Virus record (IMG/VR): IMGVR_UViG_3300027679_000017
Coordinates: 1-36,076 of that record
Source: a virus
Taxonomy: Duplodnaviria > Caudoviricetes
Strand: one strand, 5' to 3'
Length of the DNA stretch: 36,076 nt
The notes beneath the pieces were generated by a model. It had not been told where the DNA came from. It ran no database searches and saw only the letters and a program-made list of their open reading frames with translations. Below are positions 1 through 9,186 of the stretch, one piece after another. The translations under genes were made by a program, and so were the position numbers. Numbering within the stretch: the stretch's first letter is position 1; each line of letters opens with the position of its first letter.

Positions 1-458
1 TCGTTGACCTGCATTTCGTAAAGGTTGGCGGTATCAGCCAAAACAGCTAATGGCGAACCTTCCGGGGTGACGCCGCCTGCGGCGAACTGACTGCGTTGGA
101 GACCGAGGATGCGATCCTTCTCGGCGCGGATGCGGCCTGCTTGGTCGCGGGCTTGCGCGTCTTGCGCGGTCGCCTGCGCTCGCAGTTGGTCGCTCTGCTG
201 ACCGAGCATCTGCCGGTTCATCTGCGCCTGCTGACCTTGCGCGTCTGCGTTGAATCCTGCGATCTGAGCGTTAAATTGTTCGGCCTGCGCGGCACGTTCC
301 CCGGCGAGGCGCTGCCAAGAGGCATTCTGCTCCGCAGCCATGCGGTTGTACTCGGCCATCGCGGCCTGCGCTTGGCTTTGCTCGTTCGCTGAATAGATCG
401 AGACGCCTGCGCTTACGACTGCGGCAATCGCCGCCACCGCCATGAACCCTTCAGCCAT
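1..458 (-). CDS. Putative internal virion (ejection) protein, 3'-truncated by window edge
   Basis: Not in the ORF track. Own translation from ATG 458 (GGAGG upstream): MAEGFMAVAAIAAVVSAGVSIYSANEQSQAQAAMAEYN...AAGGVTPEGSPLAVLADT. Hydrophobic N-terminus, Ala/Gln-rich helix and a GV..GSP motif; located after nozzle and GNAT genes, the T7 gp14-like position. Confidence 0.7.
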   Translation of the reverse strand, partial: MAEGFMAVAAIAAVVSAGVSIYSANEQSQAQAAMAEYNRMAAEQNASWQRLAGERAAQAEQFNAQIAGFNADAQGQQAQMNRQMLGQQSDQLRAQATAQDAQARDQAGRIRAEKDRILGLQRSQFAAGGVTPEGSPLAVLADTANLYEMQVN

Positions 459-867
459 TGTGGACCTCCTGTGTTGGAGCAAACATTTGGACAAGATTTT
501 TTTCACCGGCACGAAACCCGTGGCGCTTGACCAGACGCACCATCGCGGGATGGGCATATGCTGCCATCGTGTGGTAGCCGAGGTCGTGTGCGATCTTTTT
601 GAGGCAGGACATGCAATGCCCAAATGCCTCGCGAGCGAGCTTAATGGAGAGACTAGGAGCAGATACCGCATGCTCGACCATGCACATTCCGTTGGAATTG
701 CTCATGTGGAGAAAGAGAGAGGCGGTCGGTTTCCCATTGATCTCGCATATCACTCCGCACTTTGGCAGAACGATTTCTGGGACGATGTCCTTGCCGTGAG
801 CGACTCGCCACTGCGAGAGCATCTCATAGTCGGAATCGAGGTAGGGTCTCATGTGAATGCTATTCAT
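451..867 (-). CDS. GNAT-fold acetyltransferase-like virion-module protein
   Basis: ATG 867 overlaps the end of the nozzle gene. MRPYLDSDYEMLSQW...AMVRLVKRHGF resembles GNAT motifs. T7 gp13-like position. The start is shortened relative to the track (957). Confidence 0.55.
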   Translation of the reverse strand: MNSIHMRPYLDSDYEMLSQWRVAHGKDIVPEIVLPKCGVICEINGKPTASLFLHMSNSNGMCMVEHAVSAPSLSIKLAREAFGHCMSCLKKIAHDLGYHTMAAYAHPAMVRLVKRHGFRAGEKNLVQMFAPTQEVHNG

Positions 868-3799
868 TTCCGTAGGTGTCCCAGACAGGTTCAATCGCGA
901 GAATACACATTGGATAGGGGTCACTTTGCTGGACAGATACATCGGCGTCGAATCCAAACGTGCCTGCCGTCAAGATTTTTTGATCTCCCGTGGTGAGGGT
1001 GCTGGCGAGGTCGTACCACTGCCCGGCATTGACCCGCACTTCGCCGCCTTGGCTTTTGAGCGTTCTGACGACGACCTTGTGTACGCGCTTCTTGCGGCCT
1101 TGCGATGACCCGTCTTCTAGGTCCATGTCGAGCTTCATGGGCGTGAGCGTGCTGGTGTAGGGCAGGCCGACATATCCGGCAGCAGTCGAGTAAAGTGTAA
1201 TTGAGGTATTGCCAAGATATGTTGTAACCAGTTGCGTTGTTACTGATGTGCCTTGAACAATAGTAACCGTTTTACCATTAAAATGTGCAGGGACAGAAAC
1301 GGTTCTTGCCGATGTTGGATCACCCGGTTCAAACGGACCAGTCAAAGGTGTTAATGTTCCAGAAGCAAATGCCACATGCCCGTCCAGGTAGCGGTATGAG
1401 GCGGTCGTTTGGTTGTCGAACGCGGTTCGCCAGAGGAGCGGGAATCGCTCGATGGTGCGGTAGGTTGAGCCAGCCACGGTGCGCTTGACGACCAGCCAGA
1501 CCTCGTCCTCTGTGCCATTTCCGTAGATGGTGGCGACCGACTCGACATCAGCATTGTCGCCGATGGTGTGCCGATGCCAGCCCACGACTTTCTGGTCTCG
1601 CTCGTAGGTCATGCCAATGAGCGTTCCATCCCCGCGCACGCACCAGAGAATGGCGTCCGGCTGTTGCTGGTAGGCGACCTCGACGATCTCGCCGACCGTG
1701 ATGTGTTCGGCAAGGAGCGTCAAATCGGGCGCGACCCAACCGTCCTTATTGAGTTCGTAAACGAGTTCGCGGACCTTGCGTCCGTTGCGTTGGACGAAAA
1801 GAAGCACATCGTTGACCATCGCGGCTCGCATGTATTTCGATCCGTAGCTTGCCTGCCTGCGGGTCTTGACGTTCGTGGCCGAGAGCGCCGAGGCGGAATC
1901 CGCTGCGCCGATAGTCCACTCGTCGCCGGATGTCCCGACGAGCATTTCAGATTGCGAGAACATCCAATTGATTCGATTGCCTTCGCTTGCAGCGAGCGTG
2001 AATTGCACGGCATCGCTGGCATTGACTCCAAGTTCAAAGTTCTCAAAGTCGCCAATGGCACTGCACCAAATCGTGTTCGGCTGCGCCTTCGTCCCACCGA
2101 AGCAGAGACGTTGCTCATGCAAGCAAACCGAGCGTGGGTAGCCACTGGTTGCGTTGAATGCCCCATACTGCCAGAACTTAGTTTTTGCACCAGAGGCAGC
2201 GAGAGGTCCGAGCCACTTGTCTACGTTGAGGAAGTTCGCATCTGTGATGGTCGCCACGCCACCGATGATCTTGGTTGAGCTATCGATGCGAGCATTTGGA
2301 ACCTGTTGCGTGGTCCATCTAGAGGCATCGAAGGATGCCGTCGAAGTGTGCGCCAGCACGCAGTAGTAGGTCTTGCCGCTTGAGTAGACAAAGTCACCAA
2401 CGGCATAAGCCGTACTCGCGGCCCAGTTGAGGGCGATCTTTTGCGCGTTGGTGATGACTATTTTCAGCCCGCAGAGACTATCTTCCGTTCCAGATGTGAG
2501 GATATTTTTGTCATTGTCGACGATGTACTCGCGGACGATTTCCATTTGAGACAGATTCTCTGGATAAACATTGCGGTAGAGAGGTGCTGTGAGCGTAATC
2601 GCTGGCGAAATGTTGTACCGATAGGTGTTCGTGGTAACCGAAGAAATCGCGGCGTTTATTTGCTTGTAATCACCTTTAAATGACACACGGTTACCGCTGT
2701 CGTAACCGTGATTGGGTTGATAGACCTCTATGGTCGTGGTGTTAACTGGGTACGCAAGGCCCGATATGACTCCTGCCTGCAAGACCTCGGCAGGCACGCG
2801 CAGGATTTGGATCGTTGCTCCCCATGTGCCAGAGGTCTCAAAGTCCCATGCCCCGTCCACAAGCAGGATGTCGCTTTCAAAGTTGCCGACAATTTCGATC
2901 TGCTTGTACAAATTGGAATTCTGCCATTTCAACTCGATCTGCGAACCGATATACCCGGTAAAAGGAATGCTGGCTATCATCGGTCCCATTTGATTGGACG
3001 CCAAGGGAAGGGACGAGATATTCCCTGCTGCTATCGCCGCAGGAAAGGTTGTTGCGGTAAAATCTTTTAAGACGCAAAAAGTAGTGGTTGATGAAATTTC
3101 GTCCCATTTCGTGGCGTCAAAAGTCAAACCAGAGGTATGGGCAACTTTGCATTTGTAAGATAGGCCAGAGCTTGGGTATACCCAATCACCTACAGCATAA
3201 GCAACTGAAGCAGTCCAATGAGGCGGGAAAAGATTGGCGTCTTTAAAATATGAGTCTCCAGATTTATAAACCCAATTACTAACATTTAAACTCAACTTCG
3301 TCTGATTGTCCGAGCTATCGGGTAGCGGAGGGTACTCAAATTTGACCTCCGCGAACGTCCAGTTGGTATCCGACACGCGAGTGAGTTTGCGAGGCGGGTA
3401 GTTCGCGTGCGCGAAGTACATGATGTCGTTGATCTGGCAGTATTGGATTTCGCGCAGGTCAAGGGCGGCATACGGAGTGGCGAGTTCTGTTGCTGTCCCG
3501 GAAATAGTCTGCAATGTGCCAGAGGGATTCCAGACGCGCAGGTAGCCCACGCCAAGCTCGATCACGAAGCGGGTCGTGGTCGAGAAGTTGAACCCGATCA
3601 AACGACTCTGCGTGTCCGAGGTTTTCGTCGTGCCAATGTACTGCGTGCCGGGTCGGCGGATGGCCCCTCCGTAGGGCATGATCACGAAGTTCTCCAGAGT
3701 CCGGCAGGCCGAGCGATATTTATCCAATGACGTCCGGGCGTCCACCATCGGCGAGACTTCACCGGCGTTGAAGGATGGATAAAAATCGAATTTCGGCAT
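860..3799 (-). CDS. Tail tubular protein B / nozzle (phage stabilization protein family) with accessory domain insertions
   Basis: 979 aa. N-terminal FNAGEVSP..DAR......RRPG, plus GYPRSVCLHEQRLCFGG, PNTIWCSAIGDFENF, LFVQRNGRKVREL, GWHRH and VGLPYTS, typical of podovirus TTPB beta-propeller nozzles. Confidence 0.88.
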   Translation of the reverse strand: MPKFDFYPSFNAGEVSPMVDARTSLDKYRSACRTLENFVIMPYGGAIRRPGTQYIGTTKTSDTQSRLIGFNFSTTTRFVIELGVGYLRVWNPSGTLQTISGTATELATPYAALDLREIQYCQINDIMYFAHANYPPRKLTRVSDTNWTFAEVKFEYPPLPDSSDNQTKLSLNVSNWVYKSGDSYFKDANLFPPHWTASVAYAVGDWVYPSSGLSYKCKVAHTSGLTFDATKWDEISSTTTFCVLKDFTATTFPAAIAAGNISSLPLASNQMGPMIASIPFTGYIGSQIELKWQNSNLYKQIEIVGNFESDILLVDGAWDFETSGTWGATIQILRVPAEVLQAGVISGLAYPVNTTTIEVYQPNHGYDSGNRVSFKGDYKQINAAISSVTTNTYRYNISPAITLTAPLYRNVYPENLSQMEIVREYIVDNDKNILTSGTEDSLCGLKIVITNAQKIALNWAASTAYAVGDFVYSSGKTYYCVLAHTSTASFDASRWTTQQVPNARIDSSTKIIGGVATITDANFLNVDKWLGPLAASGAKTKFWQYGAFNATSGYPRSVCLHEQRLCFGGTKAQPNTIWCSAIGDFENFELGVNASDAVQFTLAASEGNRINWMFSQSEMLVGTSGDEWTIGAADSASALSATNVKTRRQASYGSKYMRAAMVNDVLLFVQRNGRKVRELVYELNKDGWVAPDLTLLAEHITVGEIVEVAYQQQPDAILWCVRGDGTLIGMTYERDQKVVGWHRHTIGDNADVESVATIYGNGTEDEVWLVVKRTVAGSTYRTIERFPLLWRTAFDNQTTASYRYLDGHVAFASGTLTPLTGPFEPGDPTSARTVSVPAHFNGKTVTIVQGTSVTTQLVTTYLGNTSITLYSTAAGYVGLPYTSTLTPMKLDMDLEDGSSQGRKKRVHKVVVRTLKSQGGEVRVNAGQWYDLASTLTTGDQKILTAGTFGFDADVSVQQSDPYPMCILAIEPVWDTYGNE

Positions 3800-3802
3800 G
3801 TT

Positions 3803-3985
3803 TTACTTTCGGAGGTCGCGGACGACTTTGACCAACGTGGCGAGGCCGACTGCGAGGCCGACCGTGACCGAGGCGAGGCGCATCCCCGCTTCCAAGTGCG
3901 GGAGCAGGGAGTACGCCGCAGCACCAATGGAGGTCGCGCTGCCGATGAGGCCGCAGGCTGCGGTCTTGAAGTTCTCCATGCTCAT
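3803..3985 (-). CDS. Small membrane protein (two hydrophobic segments, basic C-terminus)
   Basis: ATGA overlap with the upstream gene stop. MSMENFKTAACGLIGSATSIGAAAYSLL...VTVGLAVGLATLVKVVRDLRK. Confidence 0.6.
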   Translation of the reverse strand: MSMENFKTAACGLIGSATSIGAAAYSLLPHLEAGMRLASVTVGLAVGLATLVKVVRDLRK

Positions 3986-5613
3986 GAGTTGGATTGAGCG
4001 ATGAGTGACCCAACGATGCTCGTCGTGGCGCACTGGGCCAGCCTATCGGTATTCAGCAGGTCTGTTTTCGCTTTGATGGCCGTGATGTTTGTGCTGACCG
4101 AGCTTGCAAGTCTGCTGGATACCGTCGTGTCCAGATTGGCGAGTTTGGTGCTGGCGCTGTCCATCTCTTGTCGGATTTGTACGGCTGTCGGGGCGTTGCC
4201 TGCGCCAGAGATTGGCGAGTCAATGCGGGCCAACTCCACGGCTAACTCGGCGCGGATCGCGGCGGCGGTGAGGACTGCCGTGCCAGTGCCGGACCCTACG
4301 GGGACTCCGTTTGCCACACTGGCTGCGGATGGGATGTATGCCGATCCGCTCAAAGCGCCGCTGGCGTAGCTCACGCCAAAGCGGACATCGCTGGCTGCTG
4401 GCATCGCTGCGTTTTGCGTGGCGTCGATGAGGGTTTTTGCGCCTGCGGTGTCGCAGAAATTAAAGATCGCGACATTGGTGGAGAGCTTTTTGAGGCGGAT
4501 GCCTGTGCCGCTCACAGGGATTTGTCCGAATGTGCCAAATTCAAATTGTTCGATTTCGCAAATGCCGAGCGCAACATTGGAGACTCCAACCGCCGCCACC
4601 AACCCTGCGGAGTTACTGGGGCCATATGCATTGCCCACTGCGCGGGTCGCCCGCACGGTTCCTGTGGAGGCATTGTTTGCTCCTGCCGCTCCAGACGCTC
4701 CTCCGTTGCAGATTCCGGTGACGGCACAGATTCCAGTTGAGGCATTGTTGAGGCCATGCGATGTGGCGACAACGGTTCCGCCCGTGACATTTCCTGTCAC
4801 GTTGACGGTTCCGACTCCTCCATTGTTGATTCCATAGATATTGGCTGCGGTTCCGCCGGTGATGTTGCCCGTCACATTCACGGTTCCGCCGACTGAATTT
4901 GATACAGCGGTAGCAACCGTCCCAGAAATAGTGGTGCTGGTTATTGTGACCGTTCCTGTCGAAGAGTTAATCAATCCGTTTGCAGTCGAAATAGTGCCGC
5001 CCGACACGTTGCCGGTGATCGTATAAGTTCCTGCAGCAGCATTGATTGCTCCGTTTCCATTTGCCCCGCTCCCGCCTGCGACATTCCCGCTAATTGAAAT
5101 CGTCCCCGTTGATGAATTGTAAATTCCGTAACAAGTATTTCCCGTTCCTCCCGTCACATTTCCTGTGACGGAAATTGTCCCTGTCGAGGAGTTAAGCGCC
5201 CCGATGCAAATGGCGTTGCTTCCGCCAACCACATTCCCCTGCACGATCAATGTTCCGGTCGAAGAATTAAGTATCGCCCCAGTTCCTGCTAATGGCGAGG
5301 TGTTGACCGCAGCCCCGCCTGTCACGTTCCCAACAATGGTTGCCGTTGCAGGAGTAGCTGCCGAAAAGGACAAGCAGTTGACGTTGATGGTCGTTGTTTT
5401 ATTGGTCACGTTTGCCGTCAATGTGACGCCGCTCTGGAGAACGTATGTGCCTGACCCTGCGTTTGAAATTTCGGTGCAGGTCGCATTCGCGGTGATCGTG
5501 ATCGTGTGACCCGTGGAGGCGCGAGCCTCGTCGCCTGTGGTAGGCACGACTCCACCAACCCATGTCGCGGTTGAGTTAAAGTTGCCTGTTGCGGCTGATA
5601 GTATGAGTGCCAT
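3982..5613 (-). CDS. Tail fiber/spike-like protein with Gly/Asn/Thr-rich beta-solenoid repeats
   Basis: 543 aa with many ~26-aa repeats of the form GNVTGG....G..NSSTGT.T.T, located in the tail module. Confidence 0.7.
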   Translation of the reverse strand: MALILSAATGNFNSTATWVGGVVPTTGDEARASTGHTITITANATCTEISNAGSGTYVLQSGVTLTANVTNKTTTINVNCLSFSAATPATATIVGNVTGGAAVNTSPLAGTGAILNSSTGTLIVQGNVVGGSNAICIGALNSSTGTISVTGNVTGGTGNTCYGIYNSSTGTISISGNVAGGSGANGNGAINAAAGTYTITGNVSGGTISTANGLINSSTGTVTITSTTISGTVATAVSNSVGGTVNVTGNITGGTAANIYGINNGGVGTVNVTGNVTGGTVVATSHGLNNASTGICAVTGICNGGASGAAGANNASTGTVRATRAVGNAYGPSNSAGLVAAVGVSNVALGICEIEQFEFGTFGQIPVSGTGIRLKKLSTNVAIFNFCDTAGAKTLIDATQNAAMPAASDVRFGVSYASGALSGSAYIPSAASVANGVPVGSGTGTAVLTAAAIRAELAVELARIDSPISGAGNAPTAVQIRQEMDSASTKLANLDTTVSSRLASSVSTNITAIKAKTDLLNTDRLAQCATTSIVGSLIAQSNS

Positions 5614-5616
5614 AAA

Positions 5617-5898
5617 TTAGAGTCCTTTCGCTTGGATGTAGGCTTGCAGGGCGGCTTGGATCGCGCCGACGGCCTGCTGTGTGGCTTCGTCGCTTCCTGA
5701 CAGCGATCCGAGAACGATGCCGAGAGCGGACTCGTCAGCGGTGATGACCTCGCCGTTTTCAATGCAAGTGGGGACCAAACGCATTGCGACATTGGCGTCA
5801 CTTGAGCCATCGCTTAGATAACGGCCCGTGATGGCCAAGTTCAGCGAAAATTTTGGGTAGGATTTGCCTTCGATGGTGATGGGTGTGGATGCGTTCAT
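5617..5898 (-). CDS. Hypothetical tail-module protein (93 aa)
   Basis: ATG 5898 lies 4 nt after the upstream stop. MNASTPITIEGKSYPKFSLNLAITG...; tightly packed between neighbours. Confidence 0.6.
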   Translation of the reverse strand: MNASTPITIEGKSYPKFSLNLAITGRYLSDGSSDANVAMRLVPTCIENGEVITADESALGIVLGSLSGSDEATQQAVGAIQAALQAYIQAKGL

Positions 5899-5902
5899 AG
5901 GT

Positions 5903-6271
5903 TTATGCGTAAGTGAGGCTTTGTTTGTTATTCCAAGCTCCGATTGCGGAGCTTTCGGAGACCACGTCTCCGTTGTCATTGGTTGTTGTTTTATTGATGT
6001 CCCAGAGGGTCACGTCATAGACGCTGCCGCTGGAAGGAAAGTCGGATGTGGAAATGCTGGCGAGGTAGACGGTATTGCCGCTCAAGGCGAAGGCCCAGAA
6101 GCGTTCGACCGCTGCGCTGCCTCCTCCGATGGCATACACCGCTCCCGTCCCCGGATGGCGGGAATAGAGGATGTGATCGGCATGATTAAGGCAAATCTCT
6201 CCGAGACCTAAATCGCTAGTCGTCGGGACTTTGCCTGCTACCGTGGATTTTTTGGGTATGATGGTTGCCAT
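5903..6271 (-). CDS. Small tail-fiber protein with Mtd_N-like N-terminal anchor domain
   Basis: MATIIPKKSTVAGKVPTTSDLGLGEICLNHADHILY matches the common phage fiber N-terminal pattern (I..KR....P....L..GE..N..D..LY). Confidence 0.65.
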   Translation of the reverse strand: MATIIPKKSTVAGKVPTTSDLGLGEICLNHADHILYSRHPGTGAVYAIGGGSAAVERFWAFALSGNTVYLASISTSDFPSSGSVYDVTLWDINKTTTNDNGDVVSESSAIGAWNNKQSLTYA

Positions 6272-6285
6272 TATGGAATGGGGTT

Positions 6286-6312
6286 GCCTCCGGGGGATCG
6301 AACCCCGGAGGC
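6286..6312 (-). other. Intergenic 10-bp GC-rich hairpin with TTCGATC loop
   Basis: Minus strand GCCTCCGGGG-TTCGATC-CCCCGGAGGC; no U-tract follows. Confidence 0.7.
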
Positions 6313-6322
6313 GGTGGAAGGA

Positions 6323-7261
6323 CTAGTAAGTGCCTCCGTCGATGGTCGATTCAAGGGCGCTCACGCGAGCCGATACGGCAGAAACTGCTGATGCTCTGGT
6401 GGATGCCTCTGAGAGGATGTCTGCTTCTGCGGCGGTAACCCTTGAGGTAAGGGCAGTTGCGGCAGTCACTACGTTGTCGATGCGAACTCCGAGAGCGGAA
6501 TCGGCAGAAGTCCTTGCGGAAGCTTCTGAAGATACAGCACTTGTGCGGGCGCTTACCTCTGCGGCGAGGTCGCTTTCGAGGGTATTGATGTCCGACTCTG
6601 CGGTCGTTACTCTACCGGCGAGTGCCGTTGCGGCAGTCGTGAGGGTCGATTCCGCACCTGTCGCACGGGTCACTTCGGCTGCGAGGGCGCTCGATGCGCT
6701 GGCGGCGAGGCTCGTGATCGCTCCGTTGATAGTGCCATCGGCGGCTTGGAAGGCGGCGACGACTTCGGTGAGGGAGTCGAGGGCTGCGCCATCAACATTG
6801 CTCAACACATTGTCGATGCGAGTTCCGAGTGCCACTTCAGCGGCGGACGCACGCGAAACTTCTGCACTCACTGCCGAGGTGAGAGTGGATTCAGCGGCTT
6901 GGGCGCGGGTGATTTCCGAATTCAGCGAGGATGTCACGGAGGACACTGCCGAGGTTCTATCGCTGATCTCTGTTGCCAAATTTGCAGAAACTACTCCTTC
7001 AGCGGCAGTTGCACGCGAAACCTCTGCTGAGACTGCCGAGGTGAGTGTCGAGTCCGCTGCGGAGCGAAGCGAGGCTTCTGCGCTGACCGCGGAATCTGCG
7101 TAAGTCTTTTTCGCAAAGACGTTTTCGCCGCCAATCGCAAGAACGCCTTCAGCGGTTCCGATGAATAAACTCTTGTTCAGCGTATCATAAGCCAACTCAG
7201 AGAGTTGCAAGGATGAGGGCTGACCACTGCCCCGTTTGATTTTGATGATTGGATTTGCCAT
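6323..7261 (-). CDS. Coiled-coil tail fiber protein (Mtd_N-like anchor, Ala-rich repeats, C-terminal IDGGTY)
   Basis: MANPIIKIKRGSGQPSSLQLSELAYDTLNKSLFIG, repeated AEVSRATAAE units, and an ALDSLTEVVAA motif typical of phage fibers. Confidence 0.75.
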   Translation of the reverse strand: MANPIIKIKRGSGQPSSLQLSELAYDTLNKSLFIGTAEGVLAIGGENVFAKKTYADSAVSAEASLRSAADSTLTSAVSAEVSRATAAEGVVSANLATEISDRTSAVSSVTSSLNSEITRAQAAESTLTSAVSAEVSRASAAEVALGTRIDNVLSNVDGAALDSLTEVVAAFQAADGTINGAITSLAASASSALAAEVTRATGAESTLTTAATALAGRVTTAESDINTLESDLAAEVSARTSAVSSEASARTSADSALGVRIDNVVTAATALTSRVTAAEADILSEASTRASAVSAVSARVSALESTIDGGTY

Positions 7262-7312
7262 TTGATTTATTGTGTTGGTTTTGTTGGGTTTGTGTTGTTG
7301 TTTTGGGGGTAA

Positions 7313-7552
7313 CTAAAATTGTCCGCAGTCGATGGTTTCGAGCATGAGCCGGTAGGTATCGCTCTCCTCGTTCCAAAGCCATTGAACGTGAGTGTCCTGC
7401 GCGTGGTAGATGCGGGCGGTCTTTCCGGGAACTGGGAAATCGGCGTAGGTCGGGTAGATGACAATCTGCTTGATGCTGTCGTCCGGCAAAACAAGCGTGA
7501 ACTGGGAGAGGTCCAGTTGCTGGGTGATGTTGGATTCGGTGATCGTCGTCAT
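7313..7552 (-). CDS. Small tail-associated protein (79 aa)
   Basis: ATGA overlap with the upstream stop. Contains YPTYADFPVPGKTARIYHAQDT..QWLWN and ends IDCGQF. Confidence 0.65.
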   Translation of the reverse strand: MTTITESNITQQLDLSQFTLVLPDDSIKQIVIYPTYADFPVPGKTARIYHAQDTHVQWLWNEESDTYRLMLETIDCGQF

Positions 7553-9186
7553 GCGTAGGTGGCGGTCTGCCGGTTAGTCCACGCGACATTGGTCGCCTTT
7601 GACGTTAAAATAATCGCTCCATTTGAAACGGCAGTCATCATTTTTGTGATTGTCCATTTTGCTACACTGGAGGCTGATCCACTGGCAGGAATATCTGAGT
7701 TTAAGAGTTTTCCGTAGTGGTAAATATGGACTGGAGTTGCTCCGTAAGAGGAGAAACCAGACTGCATTTCAAATGCGTGAATGTAGTTGCTTGGATCGCG
7801 CTGGGTGGATGGCGAGTAAAGGCCAAGGGCGACAACTACGATTTTCGACCCATTGGGTATGGCTACTGAAAACGTGATCGTGCCAGCGCCTTGGTTGACA
7901 AGGTAGTCGGTGGTGGGTTCTTGCGTGACTCCGTTTATTGTCACAATGACATGGTTCGGATCGCTCGACTTGAGGCCGGTGATTGTAAATGTCTTAGCGA
8001 CCCCATCGCCCGCGAGTGTCGTCTTGGCGCTGGAAAGAAGGGAGGACTGCTGGAGGGTGAGGTTGAGTGTCTGATTCGGGGCCGTGCCTGTAATGGTGGC
8101 CGTTGCCGTTGGGCCTGCGGTGACGGTTCCAATGGAGAGGGTGTTGACAGGTCCAGCCGCGCCATTCGTTCCTGCTGGGCCTTGAGGGAGACCGAAGTTG
8201 AGGACAGCGGTGTCGTTTGCGCCCGTGTTCGTGACCGTAGGTGTGGACCCCGATGGGAGGTTCGTGACCGTTCCCACGGTGACGAGGAGTGATGGGTAGC
8301 TGACGCCACCAGCAGGACCACCACCCGACGACTGCGAGGCATCGATGCCATCGCCGCCATTGCGGGAGGAGACAAGCTTGGATGACATCCAAGCGGGCTT
8401 GATCCGACCCTTGCGTTCGGTCGAATCCCGGCGGATGGCTGGGCTTTTGGCAAGGGAATCGCTGTCCTTGGCAAGGAGGAGCGCCTTGTTGGCATCGCCG
8501 GTGAGCGGAATGGCAAGCTTGGACGCGAGATTGGCCGTGAGCAGGTCGATGAAGAGCGAGTCAAACAATGTGACATCGGTGACCTTGCGGACGTATTCCA
8601 GCGTGATGGCCTTGCCTAACCAGACATCCCAGTCGGTTGTCCACGTGGTGACGCCGGGTTGTTTGGTCGTGCCTGCAACGAGGCATCGGTAGACGACTCC
8701 GTTATTGGAAACGGCATTGCCGACCTCGTAGGATCGGTCTACGACCCAAGCGGGCGTGCCGGAATCGGCGTTGCTCAATACGAAGTTACCTGCGACCTCC
8801 CATGAGGAATCGCCGGTTGAATAATCGTAGTCATTGACCCGGAAGACCCGCAGGCAGTCGGACGGGATCGGGTAGCGATAACTCCACTTGTACTCTGGTC
8901 GAGGCAGGGTCTCGATGACGGTCCCGCTCTTCATGGCCCACGTCCACGATCCGGCGAGGAGCATGGCATCGCGCACCTGTGGGTAGAGCGATTTCGCGAG
9001 GAGCATCGCCTGCGAGGAGGGACCGAACTGCTCGGCAGTCCCGACCCGTAGGATGGCTTGACGACAGAGTTCGTCTTCGGTGAGCGTGCTGGATGGACGC
9101 GAGGAGGCACGGGTCTCGACCGCATTTTTCAATGCCGTCTTGCCCGCGAGGAACTGGAGTTCCTTGAATAACTCCTCGGACTTCAT
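7549..9186 (-). CDS. Tail tubular protein A-like domain (copy 6) fused to fiber-like domains
   Basis: LCRQAILRVG...W.WA...YRYPIPSDCLRVFRVN...FDSLFIDLLTANLASKLAIPLTG, followed by collagen-associated repeats (LNFGLPQGPAG) and a GDG..KTF...V.INGV.Q.PTTDY domain. Confidence 0.8.
   Translation of the reverse strand: MKSEELFKELQFLAGKTALKNAVETRASSRPSSTLTEDELCRQAILRVGTAEQFGPSSQAMLLAKSLYPQVRDAMLLAGSWTWAMKSGTVIETLPRPEYKWSYRYPIPSDCLRVFRVNDYDYSTGDSSWEVAGNFVLSNADSGTPAWVVDRSYEVGNAVSNNGVVYRCLVAGTTKQPGVTTWTTDWDVWLGKAITLEYVRKVTDVTLFDSLFIDLLTANLASKLAIPLTGDANKALLLAKDSDSLAKSPAIRRDSTERKGRIKPAWMSSKLVSSRNGGDGIDASQSSGGGPAGGVSYPSLLVTVGTVTNLPSGSTPTVTNTGANDTAVLNFGLPQGPAGTNGAAGPVNTLSIGTVTAGPTATATITGTAPNQTLNLTLQQSSLLSSAKTTLAGDGVAKTFTITGLKSSDPNHVIVTINGVTQEPTTDYLVNQGAGTITFSVAIPNGSKIVVVALGLYSPSTQRDPSNYIHAFEMQSGFSSYGATPVHIYHYGKLLNSDIPASGSASSVAKWTITKMMTAVSNGAIILTSKATNVAWTNRQTATYA

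Noticed and set aside
3803-3985. Calling this small membrane protein a second holin
   Set aside because: Hydrophobicity alone is insufficient, and a better holin candidate sits in the lysis cassette.
5903-7261. Diversity-generating retroelement suggested by Mtd_N-like domains
   Set aside because: No reverse transcriptase and no template/variable repeat pair differing at adenines were seen in the window.
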